Shown: piece after piece, positions 11,923-24,300 of the stretch
How the letters are laid out: every line of letters starts with the position of its first letter
How positions within the stretch are numbered: position 1 is the stretch's first letter
Assembly (NCBI GenBank): GCA_030390025.1
Contig: CM059431.1
Coordinates: 158,598,001 to 158,662,000 of the forward strand
Reading direction: 5' to 3'
DNA: 64,000 bases
Origin: Squalus acanthias
Taxonomy: Eukaryota
Notes under the pieces: generated by a model
The model's input: the letters and a program-made list of their open reading frames with translations, nothing else
Told to the model about the DNA's origin: nothing
Database searches by the model: none
Position numbers and translations under genes: made by a program

Positions 11923-13621
11923 TTAGCTGTTTAGGCAAACAAGTGAAAAACATGACTATCGTTAATTTCTCAAATGCACCTGGTCATTCCAAAGCATTAA
12001 CTTTGACCTGGAGTCTCACATCACCATCCGGAACCATTATATGTTAATTTTCTGGATATATGATTCCATATGAATAATTGCAGAGTTTTTATCCACGCTT
12101 TTGTGAGTTTTAGACTCGATTCCTCAAAGGACCTTTGGGCATAGCCGTTCTAAACTCTTGTTTGTCCAGAGCTTCAATTCAAAAATTAACCCCATTTCCA
12201 CTTATCCGTAATCCCTTTCATCAATGACCTACTTTCACTAGTTATCTCAAATCATTGCTGAAATTCTCCTACTCTACGGCCTTGAACAACTTATCTCTAC
12301 AATCTTCTTCACATCCGCTCTATTTCATTCATGTCCCTCCTCTCCCCTTGCTGTGAGCCCCAGATTATTGGATTCTCTGCTCAGGACAATTCGTCAGCGC
12401 CACTGGCTGGAACTCCGTTGCCGTGGGCCTCCGCTCTTTACTTCTTAATTACTTTAAACAGCCTCCACAGTGCCAATAGATTGAATTTATTTTATTTTAT
12501 CGTTCTTAATTTTATTCATCAAAAACATAGTCTTTCATTCCCCTGTGTGTAACGTTGAGTCGAATATCTTCTTCAGAGCCCTCAATCTCTCTTGGTTCCC
12601 TGCTTTACCTTTGAAAAAAAACTCTTATTAATGATAAAAATGCTTTCTGGAATACTTTCTCGGATCGCCAATGCACCCCCAATTTTTCGCAAACTCCAGT
12701 TACTTTAAAATAGTGTAGCTAGAGTCTTCTCTTATATAAACTATCCATTTAATTCCACTGCTCATCAGCACCGAGCTGTACTGGTTCTTGGTGCAAGCAG
12801 ATTTGAGATTAAGGACCTCGAACATGTTGCGGTAGTCCATCCAAGGCTTCCTTCCATTTTCTCTGGGCAGATTTCTCGGCCCGGCTCGTTACCTCTGCTT
12901 CTGTCCCTGAATGTTACTGCAATAGTGTAGCTCCACTATTTCAGGCAGCCCTTCTATCACAACGCACTTGCTCTTATGGACCGTTCATTGTTAATTCCTT
13001 TGCCAGGAAACCTGAACCCTTTCTATCACAACGCCTCTTAAAATCTCTCTCCCAGTCTATATCTGAGATTGCGACGTTAACATTAAAGCCGCAGCTTGTG
13101 TCCTGCTTTAATATTTTATAAATGTTTTCATATGTGTAGATGTAGCTCCAAGGGTGAATTGCTGATGTCTGCTGATGCAAAGAATTCCGGCAGTGGCGCT
13201 TATTCTGATTCTAACTTCAAATTGAGGTATACAGATAGATATCTAGTAATTCTTTCAAAGTTACAATGGAAATTGCCAATATTTATCTTGGAAAATTGCT
13301 CGTCATGAATGGCCTTTGTAATTTTGAAAACGTTACTACAGAAGCTCGGGAACCCTAAGTAAATGGCCCAGAATCCTTAATACAGCTTCATGAAATTCGC
13401 TGATATTTCAGAAAAGTATAATCCGTCAGGCTACTGTCTTTTTCTTATGGTGTCTGGGCGCCAAAGGGTAAAATAATTAAAAGTTGACTCGTTACTCACA
13501 ACGCTTATAGGATTATTTTTCTTGAATATTAGATTTCCTTCATTGAATTGACAGTTGAAATATTTTTCTCCTGAGTCAGAATTGCTATGACAATAAAATT
13601 GTTTATGGATTCATATTCAAG

Positions 13622-15350
13622 AGATAGAACTTCAGCACAAAGCCATTCTCCTAAAACAGTCTCAGAAGCTGAGAGTCATCATCAGAATCACTGGAAGAAA
13701 AGAGACGCCTAGGTCCTGTTCGCTCGATGAGTGTTAAACTGGCGTAAGGATTGTTGCTTCCCTGCGTGAGCGGGCATTGGGAGAAAATGAAGTGAAGGCC
13801 CGGGGGAGAGACCGCGATAAAATACAGAGGGAAAATGTCATGAATGAACATGAAGTTCAACTCGATCAACTTTTCAGAAGCAGTTTCTCTAAAGCAGACA
13901 GTTCTGGGACAACTGCGGTAATTGGGGCTGCAGGGATTGGGAAAAGCACCATGATACAGAAGATAATCCGTGACTGGGCCACAGGAAAAATATACCAACA
14001 GTTTAAATTCATCTTTCATTTTAAGTTTCCACAATTAAATTTAACAAAAGTCAGAACAAATCTAACTGCTCTGATCCTGGATTCCTACCCTTACTTCGAA
14101 AATGCGTTGGAACATCTGTGGGAAGAACCCGAAAACATACTGTTTATATTTGATGATTTTGACAAATTTGATCAAGCCATCGATTTCACCGATGTTGAGA
14201 GAAACAAGGACCCCCAAAATCAGTGTTTCGATTCCGAATGCTGCTGTTCGGTGTCAGACATCGCACGCTGCCTCATTCAGGGAAAGTTACTGAAAGGCTG
14301 TTCAGTACTGATCACAAGCCGGCCGTGGAATCTGCTGTCTCTGGGAAAGGCAAACATAAATCAAACGTTCGAAATCCTAGGTTTCACCTCTGAGAAAATA
14401 AAACGATATTTTCGCCGTTATTTTGGAGATGAGCAGTTTGCGACAGATGTAATCGAGTATATTGAGCAGAATGATACATTGTACACCATGTGCTATAATC
14501 CTCTGTACTGCTCGGTCCTCGCTTCAATATTAGAGTCACACCGGTCACAAGGAGCGGGGGAGAGACCATTGTCCGTCAAAACCAGCACACGGGTGTTCTC
14601 CAAGTACGTCACAAGCCTTTCAGAGAAATGCGGCTGTGACGCGGAAACATCTCGCAATATGTTGCAGAAACTAGGCACTTTGGCGTACGAGGGTATTTGC
14701 AAGAAAACCGTTGTGTTAAAAACCGAACAATTAAATCGCCACAGACACGAACTTTCCAATGTAATCTCTGCGTTTGTGATGGAGATTCGCGACGAAGATC
14801 TGTGCAGTGCTGTCTACATATTCACTCATTCCGTGGTGCAGGACTTTGTCGCTGCACTTATGAAAAGTGTAAGCACTCCAGGAAATGGACTGACACGATT
14901 GCTCAATGACGGTTACACGTGCACTGACGAGAGATTCAATATTTTTTCACGCTTTCTTGTCGGTCTCTCCTCACGGAATTCAACTGATCAGCTTGAACGT
15001 CAATTGGGCGAATTTCCTTCCGATGCATTCCCGTGTGTGTCGAATTGGCTCACAGAACATGTCAAAAGACGTGTTCAGAACTTGGAAAATGGGCAAAGCC
15101 AAAGGACATTCTTACAGATATTGCATTATTGCTTTGAATTTGGAGACATCGAACTGATGAAGGCGGCAATAACACCGATAAAGACAATGAAATTCACACA
15201 GTGTCCTCTTAAACCTTCTGACTGTGCGGTTCTGTCAAACGCACTAATGGCCGTTGAACTGATAGAAGAGTTGAATCTTAGTACATGTGGAATACAAGAT
15301 GAAGGCATCCATCAGCTGAAGTCCTTGCTACACAAATGTAAAATACTCAG
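13622..15350 (+). CDS. NLR copy 1 NACHT exon (FISNA-like segment, NACHT, HD1/WH, HD2, first LRR), with an in-frame stop at 13735
   Basis: Walker A GAAGIGKST, Walker B region ILFIFDDFDK, sensor-1 VLITSRP, EILGF, CYNPL, FTHSVVQDFVAAL, RFLVGLSS and LRR IEELNLSTCGIQDEGI. Donor CAG|gtaatt in phase 2. Confidence 0.93.
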
Positions 15351-15714
15351 GTAATTCACCGAATATGTAAAATATCATTATCAACAACTGCTGTTTTACG
15401 GGCACGTGGGGTAATATTAGGTAAAAGTAAAAACATTCACTGAATTCGATCCAATAATGAGCACATTATCTCATTCCACTCTCTGCTGTGCTAAATTGAA
15501 CCGTAAGAGACGGCACCGGAGTGTCTGTTCGGGTAATACTTGAAAGTGCTGTGATGCTCATTTAATTAGATCAGATTGGATGTAGTCAACATTACATCCA
15601 AATCAAGCGAACTATTTGCACCACGGGGGAGTCTGGACTAATCAGTAAGATATATTATCCTACCCATTAATCTTGATATCTTAGATCGCTGTTGGGAAAA
15701 AAAATAACATTTCA

Positions 15715-16010
15715 CAGATTGGCAGAATCTTACAACATAGATGGAGGCCGTTCATCCCATCCTGCCTGTGCCGGTTTTTCGAAAGAGCTATCCAATTAGC
15801 CCCACTCCCTTGCTCTTTCCCCATAGCCCTGCATATTTACCCCCTTCAAGCATTTATACAAGTCCCTTTGATAAACTACAATTGAATGTGATTCCACTAG
15901 CCTTTCATGCAGAGCTTTCCAGATCATAACAACTCGCTCCATAAATGTGTTTCCTCATGTCACCTCTGGCTTTTTAGCCAATTACCTTAAATCGGTATCA
16001 TCTGGTTACT
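15715..16010 (-). mobile_element. CR1 3' end fragment
   Basis: Similar to CR1 3' UTR fragments at 31510-31630 and 59235-59425. Confidence 0.55.
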
Positions 16011-16846
16011 GACCATGTGCCACTGGAACATTGTCAGCAACAAATTATCTGTTATTTTAAACTGTAAACAAATAACATTGCTATATTTTGCAGTTTCTTT
16101 AATTTACAAGCGATTTTTAACTTTATTTTTCAAAATTTTCCATACACTCGATCAGATCAGATTTTCCAAATCAATAATGTTGTTATTGAGTTCAATGATG
16201 CCAAGTGGGGCAGTTAAATGTGAGTTTGCATCTGCGATTCCTCAAATTCTGAGTACTCTCTCCAGCCGCACTGCTGTGCCAAGGCATCATCAGAGGTGAG
16301 TGGGATTGTCACTCCACCTGCCCTTATGCACATTGGATTCTCCAATAGATATGGGCATGATTTAGTGACATTTGTGAAACTCAGTGCATCAAATAGATAA
16401 CTTTTCTGAAGTAGAGGCAAGATCAAAGGGACGGTCTCTAATTTTACCCTAAATTCTCCTATTAATGAAGAGAATCGTCATGTCAGAGACTTATTTCGTT
16501 GAATCCTCTTCGTTACAGACCAACAATTTAAAACATTTAATCTGCCAACTACTCAGTGCCTACATTAAATGTTATAATTTTATAATGTATGGTTAAATCA
16601 TGACCACGGGCATTAGAGTAACTTCCCGGTAAAACAACTATACTTTGTGATCTTCACTGATTTGAACTCATGCGCTGCAACTAAGTAATTTAATGCAAAT
16701 CAGAGAATTGAGTTTGAATTACGGGTCTTACTTGCGCGTCGTGAATGCTCAAACTGTCCCACATTAAATGCATGATTTAATTACGAATATGTCCTATTTA
16801 TTGCATTGCTACCTATTAATTATTGATTTTGTTTATTCCTGTTTCG

Positions 16847-16933
16847 ACTCAATGAGAATAAACTGGGCGATTTGGGAGTGAAACGGCTCTCTGCCTTACT
16901 GAAGAAAAATGAATGTAAAATACAGAGACTGGA
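16847..16933 (+). pseudogene. NLR copy 1 LRR exon (87 nt, phase 2-2), acceptor mutated
   Basis: Encodes LNENKLGDLGVKRLSALLKKNECKIQRLE, an RI-like LRR. Donor is gtgagt, but the exon is preceded by gtttCG instead of AG. Confidence 0.85.
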
Positions 16934-17197
16934 GTGAGTAATTATGTTTAAAATATTGAACTTTACAACTGGAAAGTTATTTATCTATAATAATTCTAAT
17001 TAGTGCGAATGTTGATCAGGCAGTTCACTTTTCAATTTAAATTAAGACGGAAATAATTTATAAACAGGAAAAAAACGCACATATCATGAATGGTTTCTCC
17101 CGCGATTCTGGAATTTCACAGTAATTATTAGCAAGTGATGTATATTTTAACGTGTGAGCGTTTTATATAATTTCTGTTTATTTTTCGATCGTTGCAG

Positions 17198-17390
17198 GTT
17201 AAAAGCTAACGACATCACAGATCATTGAGTGGAAAATCTGTTCTCTGCCCTCCGTGAAAACGGTTCACTGATGGAGCTGGATCTGAGGAATAGCAATCAG
17301 GATGGCGAACGGGCCAACAGACTGACTGACAAGTCTGTTTCCTTCATTGTCCCGTCTGATCCAGAGTAGAGCTAATCTCAAGGAAATCAG
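17198..17390 (+). pseudogene. NLR copy 1 LRR exon with stop and frameshift
   Basis: tgcAG acceptor, then LKANDITDH*VENLFSALRENGSLMELDL...NRLTDKSV. An extra T near 17340 gives 193 nt. Donor CAG|gtgtgt. Confidence 0.85.
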
Positions 17391-17634
17391 GTGTGTTTCC
17401 AGGTTAACAATTTATTAATTAAATGTTCTTTCACATGTAAAATGCATTTTCGGTATTTTAATTTGAATAGACTACAGATGGGAAAAATAAAATAATTATC
17501 TGGTGGAGAATTTGTTTCCTTCGCATGAGTAAACACATTTATTTTGAATGAATTTAATTATATCGCTACTCACAGTGAGCGGAAGATACCGTCCTAATCG
17601 ATAATAATTTTTTCGTGATATTAATATTTTTCAG

Positions 17635-17722
17635 TTTGACACACAATCAATTCTCTGCAGAAGGACTGAAAATTCTGAAGTTGGTCAATTTATCGGGGCA
17701 TTTGACTGTAATTACAGGATAA
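17635..17722 (+). CDS. NLR copy 1 terminal exon
   Basis: ttttcAG acceptor, then LTHNQFSAEGLKILKLVNLSGHLTVITG-stop. A paralogous exon lies at 57554-57640. Confidence 0.75.
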
Positions 17723-17864
17723 AAGATTGCTTATCATGAAGATTGTTTTATGCAAACATGTTAATTAGGTGATCCTCTACAGAATCAGTTGCATTAATGA
17801 ACAGGTTGTCGGGACATGCTCCAGAGTGAACAAACAACATAACTGAGCTCAGTAGACGCATTTA

Positions 17865-18250
17865 CCCCCTTACCACTGTCCAGTGACCCAAGTACTCCCT
17901 CTAGGTTAAACAGCGATATACAAGTACTTCTTTCACTGCCTTACAGTGTATTCGCTGTTGAGATTGCAGTCTCCGCTACAGTGGGGAGACCAAGTGCAAG
18001 GTCAGTAATCGCTTTAACGAACACACCTGTTCACTCTGCAAGTGTGACGCTGAGCTTCCGGTCGCTGACCATTTTAATTCTCCATCTCACAGTGACCTCT
18101 TTGTACTCGGGCAATGAAGCTCATCGGCAGCTCGAGGAATAGCACATCATCTTTTGAGTAGGAACTTTGCCACCTTCCGGACTCAACACTGAGTTCAACA
18201 ATTTTAGATCATAGCCACTGCTACCATTTTTTACGACAGCAGGAGCCGGT
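17865..18250 (+). mobile_element. Penelope-like element GIY-YIG endonuclease remnant
   Basis: Degenerate translation QVKQRYTST...CIRC..C.L.YSGETK...RF.EH...LPVADHFNSPSH...HIIF.VGTL.PSGLNTEFNNF. A paralog lies at ~57810-58190. Confidence 0.78.
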
Positions 18251-19132
18251 AATGGGTCTATTGTTCAATGAGGAGTATCCCGCTGGATGTTATCACAGAA
18301 TTCAGAGTCGGAGCTCAGATCTGAGCTTGCTGCGATTGGTGATGGAAACCTGCACCTTGTGATTCAGAGGCAAGAATGTTGCCGTGAAGTCGATTTCCTG
18401 AAGTGATCAGGAGCTATACCAAGGGCGGACAGATTTAATTCAGTCCTAAATTTAAAAGCGTGCATTCTCTCCTTATTTGTCTATTAATATTTTGATTTAA
18501 TATTATATTTGATACATAAATACAAAACTATAGGTAACTTAGCTTGCAGAGAGATAGAGTTCGCTGATGCCATGGGATTTCTCTGCAAGTAGTCGGACAA
18601 TGTAATCGGGAGGCACTGCAGCGCCGCCAGTGAGCAGAGGGTGTAATTAAAGCTTAAGAACTAGATCCACAGCGTCAATTAGAAATGTGGACATCAGAAT
18701 GTATAATATATCTGCATAGAGACATAATAATTTTTTATTTATTACCAAACATCTAATACACGAATTATTCAAAGAATAATAAAATAAACGCAATGGAGAC
18801 TGAATTACATGTGCGTGCACTGATTTGTTTATGCAAGGTAGAAAGGGATTGTGGATTGCACTGTTCAGAATGTGGTCATTCAATAGCCAGTGCTGGACAG
18901 CTCAGGACAACAAATAAAGTGGAAACAAACGGATTTTGGCGACATCCTGCAAGTCTGACAGAGAGAATCAGCAGTCACAGGTGGAGCGTCTTCCTGAGTT
19001 ACACGAAGTGTCTAGTAGATACGGGCTGTACCTCTGTTAGTTCAATTGTAGTAGTGACTCAGAGGCGAGTTCTCCTCGGTAATATTGTGGCAAGTTGGTG
19101 ATAAGGTTACCGACGGGATACGATGTATATTT

Positions 19133-19295
19133 GCTGACACTACTGCGCAGTACTAAGGGAGCGTTTCACTGTCTGAGGTGCCATCTCTTGGATAAGACAT
19201 TGAATCGAGGCCAGGTCTCCCTTCTCAGCTGGATTTAAATGATCCAATGGCAAAATTTGAAAGAAGAGCTGGGGAGTTTTGCCGATGTGCTGGAC
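19133..19295 (+). mobile_element. Deu-domain SINE fragment (AmnSINE1/SacSINE1 superfamily)
   Basis: gctgacactactgcgcagtactaagggagcg...gaggtgccatctcttggataagacattgaatcgaggcc...gatccaatggca...gaagagctggggagtt matches the Deu core as I recall it. Confidence 0.7.
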
Positions 19296-19704
19296 AGTAC
19301 ACTGGAGTACCGGCGTCGAAAATGTCCTGAAGTCTCTGGAAAGATGGACACTCACCAAAAGCGGGACAAAATGTATACATATACAACTTTACGTAGTTTC
19401 CTCCCCTTCACTCAGAAGGTCAGTCTATCACCAAATGGCCCAGATCCAACTGAAGCTGAAACACGTGCAGTCCCTCTTCCGACTCTTCTTTAGTGTTGGA
19501 CTACACGGCATGTTCAGTCAGGGAGAGTAAATTCGAGCCGATGGATTCCGGAATGACAGCAACTCAATTGCAGTTTAAAGCAGTAGCCACGAAATAGGGA
19601 TCAGGCGAGGGAGGCATGGCTGATTGATAGCTCCTTTATAAAAGGGGCGCACCTGGAAACACTGGTGCCTCTCCCACGTGGCTACCAACTAACGTTACAT
19701 CGCC

Positions 19705-20465
19705 CAGGGTACTTGTATCCTCTGTAGGCTCAATAGCTCGGGTTACTCTGAGCCGCTGTAGGACCAATAGCGCAGGTCATTTGGTCCCACTGCAGGATCA
19801 ATAGCCCAGGGGACTCTGATACTATGTGGGTCCAATAGCACAGATATTCCAAACCTCTACAGACCCATGATTCCATGGCATCTGACACTCTATATTGCCC
19901 ATGGTACTCTGACCCTCTCCAAACCCAATAGCCGATGCAATCTGTTCCTCTGCATAGCCCAGGGCACTCTGAACCTTTGCATAGCACAGGCAAATCCGAC
20001 CCTCAACATAGCCCAGGGTCCTCACAAACTCTACACGCACAATACCCCATGGTACTTTGCGCCTCTGCAGGCTCGATTGCACAGGGTACACTTATCCCCT
20101 AGCTGCCCTATGGCACAAGCTACTCTGAGCTTCTGCAGTCCCAATACACGCAGGTATTTTGAACCTCTACAGGACAAATAGTCCCTCCACCTTCCCGGGA
20201 GCCCAGGGCACAGTGATTCTCTGTAGATGACGGATCTGTTGCTCTTCAGGTTCATAATTGCTGGGTACTCTGACCCTCTGCAGGTACCCTGGTCCTCTAC
20301 ATAACCTACGGCAATCAAACCATCTACAGATGAAATAGGCCAGAGACTATGATCCTCTGCATAGCCCAACGTACGCTCAGGCTCTACAGTCCCAATTGCA
20401 TTATGATAATCTGTCCGTTGTGGGCTATACAGCCCAGATTACTCTGACGCTTTGCATATCCCTTC
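19705..20465. repeat. Degenerate minisatellite A (~27-36 bp unit, approx. caatagcccagggtactctgaccctctacag)
   Basis: About 20 diverged units. The same family occurs at 58675-60050. Confidence 0.8.
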
Positions 20466-20489
20466 TACATTCCCAATTATTTTTTTTTC

Positions 20490-21335
20490 ATACGTTACTG
20501 GGATGTGGGCGTCACTGGTAAGGCCATCATAAATTTTAAACCCCTAATTGCTCTTGAGAAGGTGGTGGTGCGCAGCCTTTAGCCGCTGCAGTCCGTGTGG
20601 TGAAGGTACTCCCACAGTGCTGTTCTGGAGGAAGTACCAGGATTTTGACCCAGCGACAATGAAGGAATTACGACATATTTCTAAGTCAGAATGTTGTGTG
20701 ACTTGGAGGGTAACTTGGAGGGGATGGTATTCCCATGTGACTGCTGCCGTTGTCCTTCTCGGTAGTGAAGGTCGCCGGTTTGGGAGGTGCTGTCGCAGAA
20801 GCCCTGGCGAGCTGCACTGCATGTTTTAGATGATATACACTGCACCCACGGTGCTCCGGTGGTGGAGGAAGTGAAAGTTTAAGGTGTTGGATAGAGTGCA
20901 AATCAAGAGGGCTGCTTTGCACTGTTTGTACCGTGTTTCTTGAGTGTTGTTACAGCTGCACTCATACAGGCAATTCAAGACTATTCCATCACACTCTTGA
21001 CTTGTGCATTGAGGTGAGGCACTCACCGCAGAATAGCCAGCCTCTAACCTGCACTTGTAGCCACATATTAAAGCGGCTAGTCAAGTTAAGTTTCTGGAAA
21101 ATGCTCACTCCCAAGATGTTAATGCCACTGAATGTCAAGGGGCGGTGGTTAGAAGCGCTCCTGTTGGAGATAGTCATTGCCTGGAACTTGTGTGGCGCGA
21201 ATATTACTTGCCACTTATGGCAAGCCTGAATGTCTTCCAGGTCTTGCTGCATGCGGCCATAGACTGCTTCATTATCTGAGCAGTAGCGAATGGAACTGAA
21301 CACTGCAATCATCAGCGAACATTCCCACTTCTGAC
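20490..21335 (-). mobile_element. LINE fragment of the family seen at 1-1270
   Basis: Reverse-complement similarity to ~380-1270, including KWQVIFAPHKFQAMTISN. Confidence 0.85.
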
Positions 21336-21369
21336 ATCGGAAGGAGCGGACATGGAGGGAGCACAGCAA

Positions 21370-24300
21370 GAACGGAGTATAGGAAAGGAACAGTTGTCTA
21401 CATGGATTTTCGGAAGGCGTTTAACAAAGTGCCACATAGAAGTCTGGTTAACAAAATTGAGGCTCATGGAATAGCTGGGTCAGTGGCAGCTTGGATAAGG
21501 AATTGGCTTAAGGATAGAAAACAGCGTGTTGTGGTAAATGACTTTTTTTCAGACTGGAGGATGGTAGACAGTGGTGTTCCCCGTTGCTCAGTGTTGGGGC
21601 CACTGTTTTTTATATATATATAAAAAACATGGATATTGGAATACAGCGTAGCATTTCAAAATTTGCCGATGACACAAAACTTCGGGGTGTGTGCAAAAAG
21701 TGGTGATGATACCAATCGACTGCAACAGGACATAGAAAGGCTAGCAGAATGGGCAGACAAGTTGCAGATGGAATTTAATACAAAGAAGTATGAGGTGATG
21801 CATTTTGGCAGAAGGAACAGGGAGAGGCAATATACACTTAATGGCAAAATTTTAAACAGTGTGCAGGGACAGAGTGACCTGGGAATTAATGTGAATAGGT
21901 TACTGAAGGTGTCAGGACATATTGAGAGAGTGGTTAACGTGAAATATGGAATCTTGGTCTTCATAATTAGAGGTATTTAGTACAAAAGTAAATAAGTTAA
22001 GCTGAAACATTATAAAGCGCTGGTTAGGCCACAACTGGAGTATTGTATCCAGTTCTGGTCACGACACATTAGGAAGAATAAAAACATGAGAATTTAAGAA
22101 ATAGGAGGAGGAACAGGCCACTTGGCCGAACGAACTTGCTCCTCCATTCAATCAGATCATCGCTTATCTTGGGCTCTAAGCTACTTCCCTCTCCGCTCCC
22201 CATACCCCTTCACTCCCTTATCTTGCAAAAAATGTCTCTATCTTCACCTTAAATGGATTTAATGACTCAGCCTCCACAGTTCTTTACGGCAGAGAATTCC
22301 ACAGATTTACGATCCTCTGAGAGAAGAAATTCCTCCTCATCTCAGTTCTAAAATGGCGACCCTTTATTCTGAAACTATGCCCATGATTTCTAGATTTCCC
22401 CACGAGGGGAATCATCCTCTCTGCATCTACCTTGTCGAGCCCCCTCAGTATCTTATATGTTTCAATAAGATCACCTCACATTCTTCTAAATTCCAATGAG
22501 TATAGGCCCAACCTGCTCATAAGTCAACCCCTTCATCTCTGGAATTAACCCAGTGAATCGTCTCTGAACTGCCTCCAATGCAAGTATATCCTTCCTTAAA
22601 TTAGGACACCAAAACTGTACGCAGTACTCGAGGTGTGGTTTCACCATACGCTGTACAGTTGTAGCAGGACTTCCCTGCTTTTACACTCTAACCCCCTTGA
22701 AATAAAGGCCAACATTGCTTTTGCCTTTTTGATTACTTGTTGCACCTACATGCTAACTTTGTGTGTTTCATGCACAAGGACCCACAGGTCCCTCTGAACT
22801 GTAACCTTTTGTAATCTCTCTCTTTTTAAATAATAATTTGCTTTTTTATGTTTCCTGCCAAAGTGGATATCCTCGCACTTTCCCACATTATACTCCATCT
22901 GCGAAATGTTTGCCCATTCACATAGCCTGTCTATATAACGTTGCAGATTTTTTGAGTCCTCTTCACAACTTGCTATCCCACCCATCTTTGTATCATCCAC
23001 CAACTTGGCTACATTACACTCGCTCCATTCATCCAAGTCATTAATGTAGATTGGAAATAGTTGAGGCCCCAGAACCGATTCTTGTGGCACCCCACTAGTT
23101 ACCGTTTTCCAACCGTAAAATGCCCCATTTATCCCGACTCTCGGCTTTCTCTTAGTTAGAAAATACTCTATCCATTCTAATATATTACCCCCAACTCCGT
23201 GAGCTCTTATCTTATGCAGTAACCTTTCATGTGGCACCTTATCAAATGCCTTCTGTAAATCCAAATACACCACATTCACTGGCTCACCTTTGTCCAACCT
23301 GATCAGTACATCCTCAAAGAGCTCCAGTAAATGTGCTAAACATGATTTTCCTTTCATAAAGCCATGCTGATTCAGCTTGACTGCATTATGAGTTTCCAAA
23401 TGCCCTGCTACTGCTTCCTTAATGAAGGATTCCAGCATTTTCCCAACGACAAATGTTCGGCTAACTGGTCTATAGTTTCCTGTTTCTGTCTCACTCATTT
23501 CTTAAGTAGTGGTGTTACATTTGCGGTTTTCCAATTCGCTGGGACCTCTCCAGAGTCCAGGGAATGTTTGTATATTGTAAGCAATGCATCCACTATCTCT
23601 GCAGCCACTTCTTTTAAGACCCTGGGATGCAGGCATTCCGGTCCAGTGGTCTTGTCATCTTTTAGTCCCATTATTTTACAAAGTACTTTTTCCTTAGTGA
23701 TAGTGATTGTTTTTAGTTCCCCCCTCCCTGTGGCCCCTTGATTATCCATTATTGGGATGTTGTTAGTGTCTTCCACTGTGAAGACAGATACAAAATATTT
23801 TTTCAGAGACCCTGCCATTCCCCCTGTTCCCCATTATTAATTCTTCAGTCTCATTCTCTACGGGACCAACGTTTACATTATCTACTCTCTTCCTTTTTAT
23901 ATACCTGTTGAAGCTCTTACTAACTGTTTTAATATTTATTGCCAGGTTACTCTCATAATTCATCTTCTCTCTCTTTATTATTTTTTTTAGTCATCCTTGG
24001 ATGGTTTTTAAAAAATGTCCAATCCTCTGGCCTCCCACCAATCTTGGCAACATTGTATGCCTTCGTTTTCAATTTGATACCATCCTTTACTTCCTTGGTT
24101 AGCCATGGATGGTGTTCCCTTCTCTTAAGATCTTTCTCTCTCACTGGAATATATTTTTGTTGAGAGTTATGAAATATCTCCTTAAATGCCTGCCACAGCA
24201 TTTCAACTGTCTTACCCTTTAATTTATTTTTCATGCCCACTTTAGCCAATTCTGCTCTCATGCCATTGTAATTGTTTTTGATTAAGATCAGGACACTGGT

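Larger units (their letters stand above)
2335..17722 (+). pseudogene. NLR (death-fold/CARD-like - NACHT - LRR) gene copy 1, multi-exon, inactivated; start exon not identified
   Basis: Exons at 2335-2504, 7387-7558, 13622-15350, 16847-16933, 17198-17390 and 17635-17722 join in compatible phases. Lesions: TAA 13735-13737, acceptor CG instead of AG at 16845-16846, TGA 17226-17228, and a +1 frameshift near 17340. Confidence 0.88.

Noticed and set aside
13140..13225. Linker exon between death-fold and NACHT exons
   Set aside because: AG/GT sites exist, but the open frame is phase 2-2 and does not join the NACHT exon in frame. Left as a candidate only.
13777..15354. The 525-aa ORF as a complete single-exon gene
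   Set aside because: It starts at a TTG downstream of a premature stop and ends by running into an intron. It is part of a spliced exon.
19730..20369. Overlapping ORFs in the minisatellite, and the many antisense ORFs over CR1s
   Set aside because: These are by-products of repeat periodicity or shadow frames of RT, with no protein motifs.
19705..20465. Regularly spaced short repeats (also 25455-27510 and 58675-60050) as a CRISPR array
   Set aside because: The units are degenerate head-to-tail repeats with no unique spacers or cas genes, and the context is eukaryotic.
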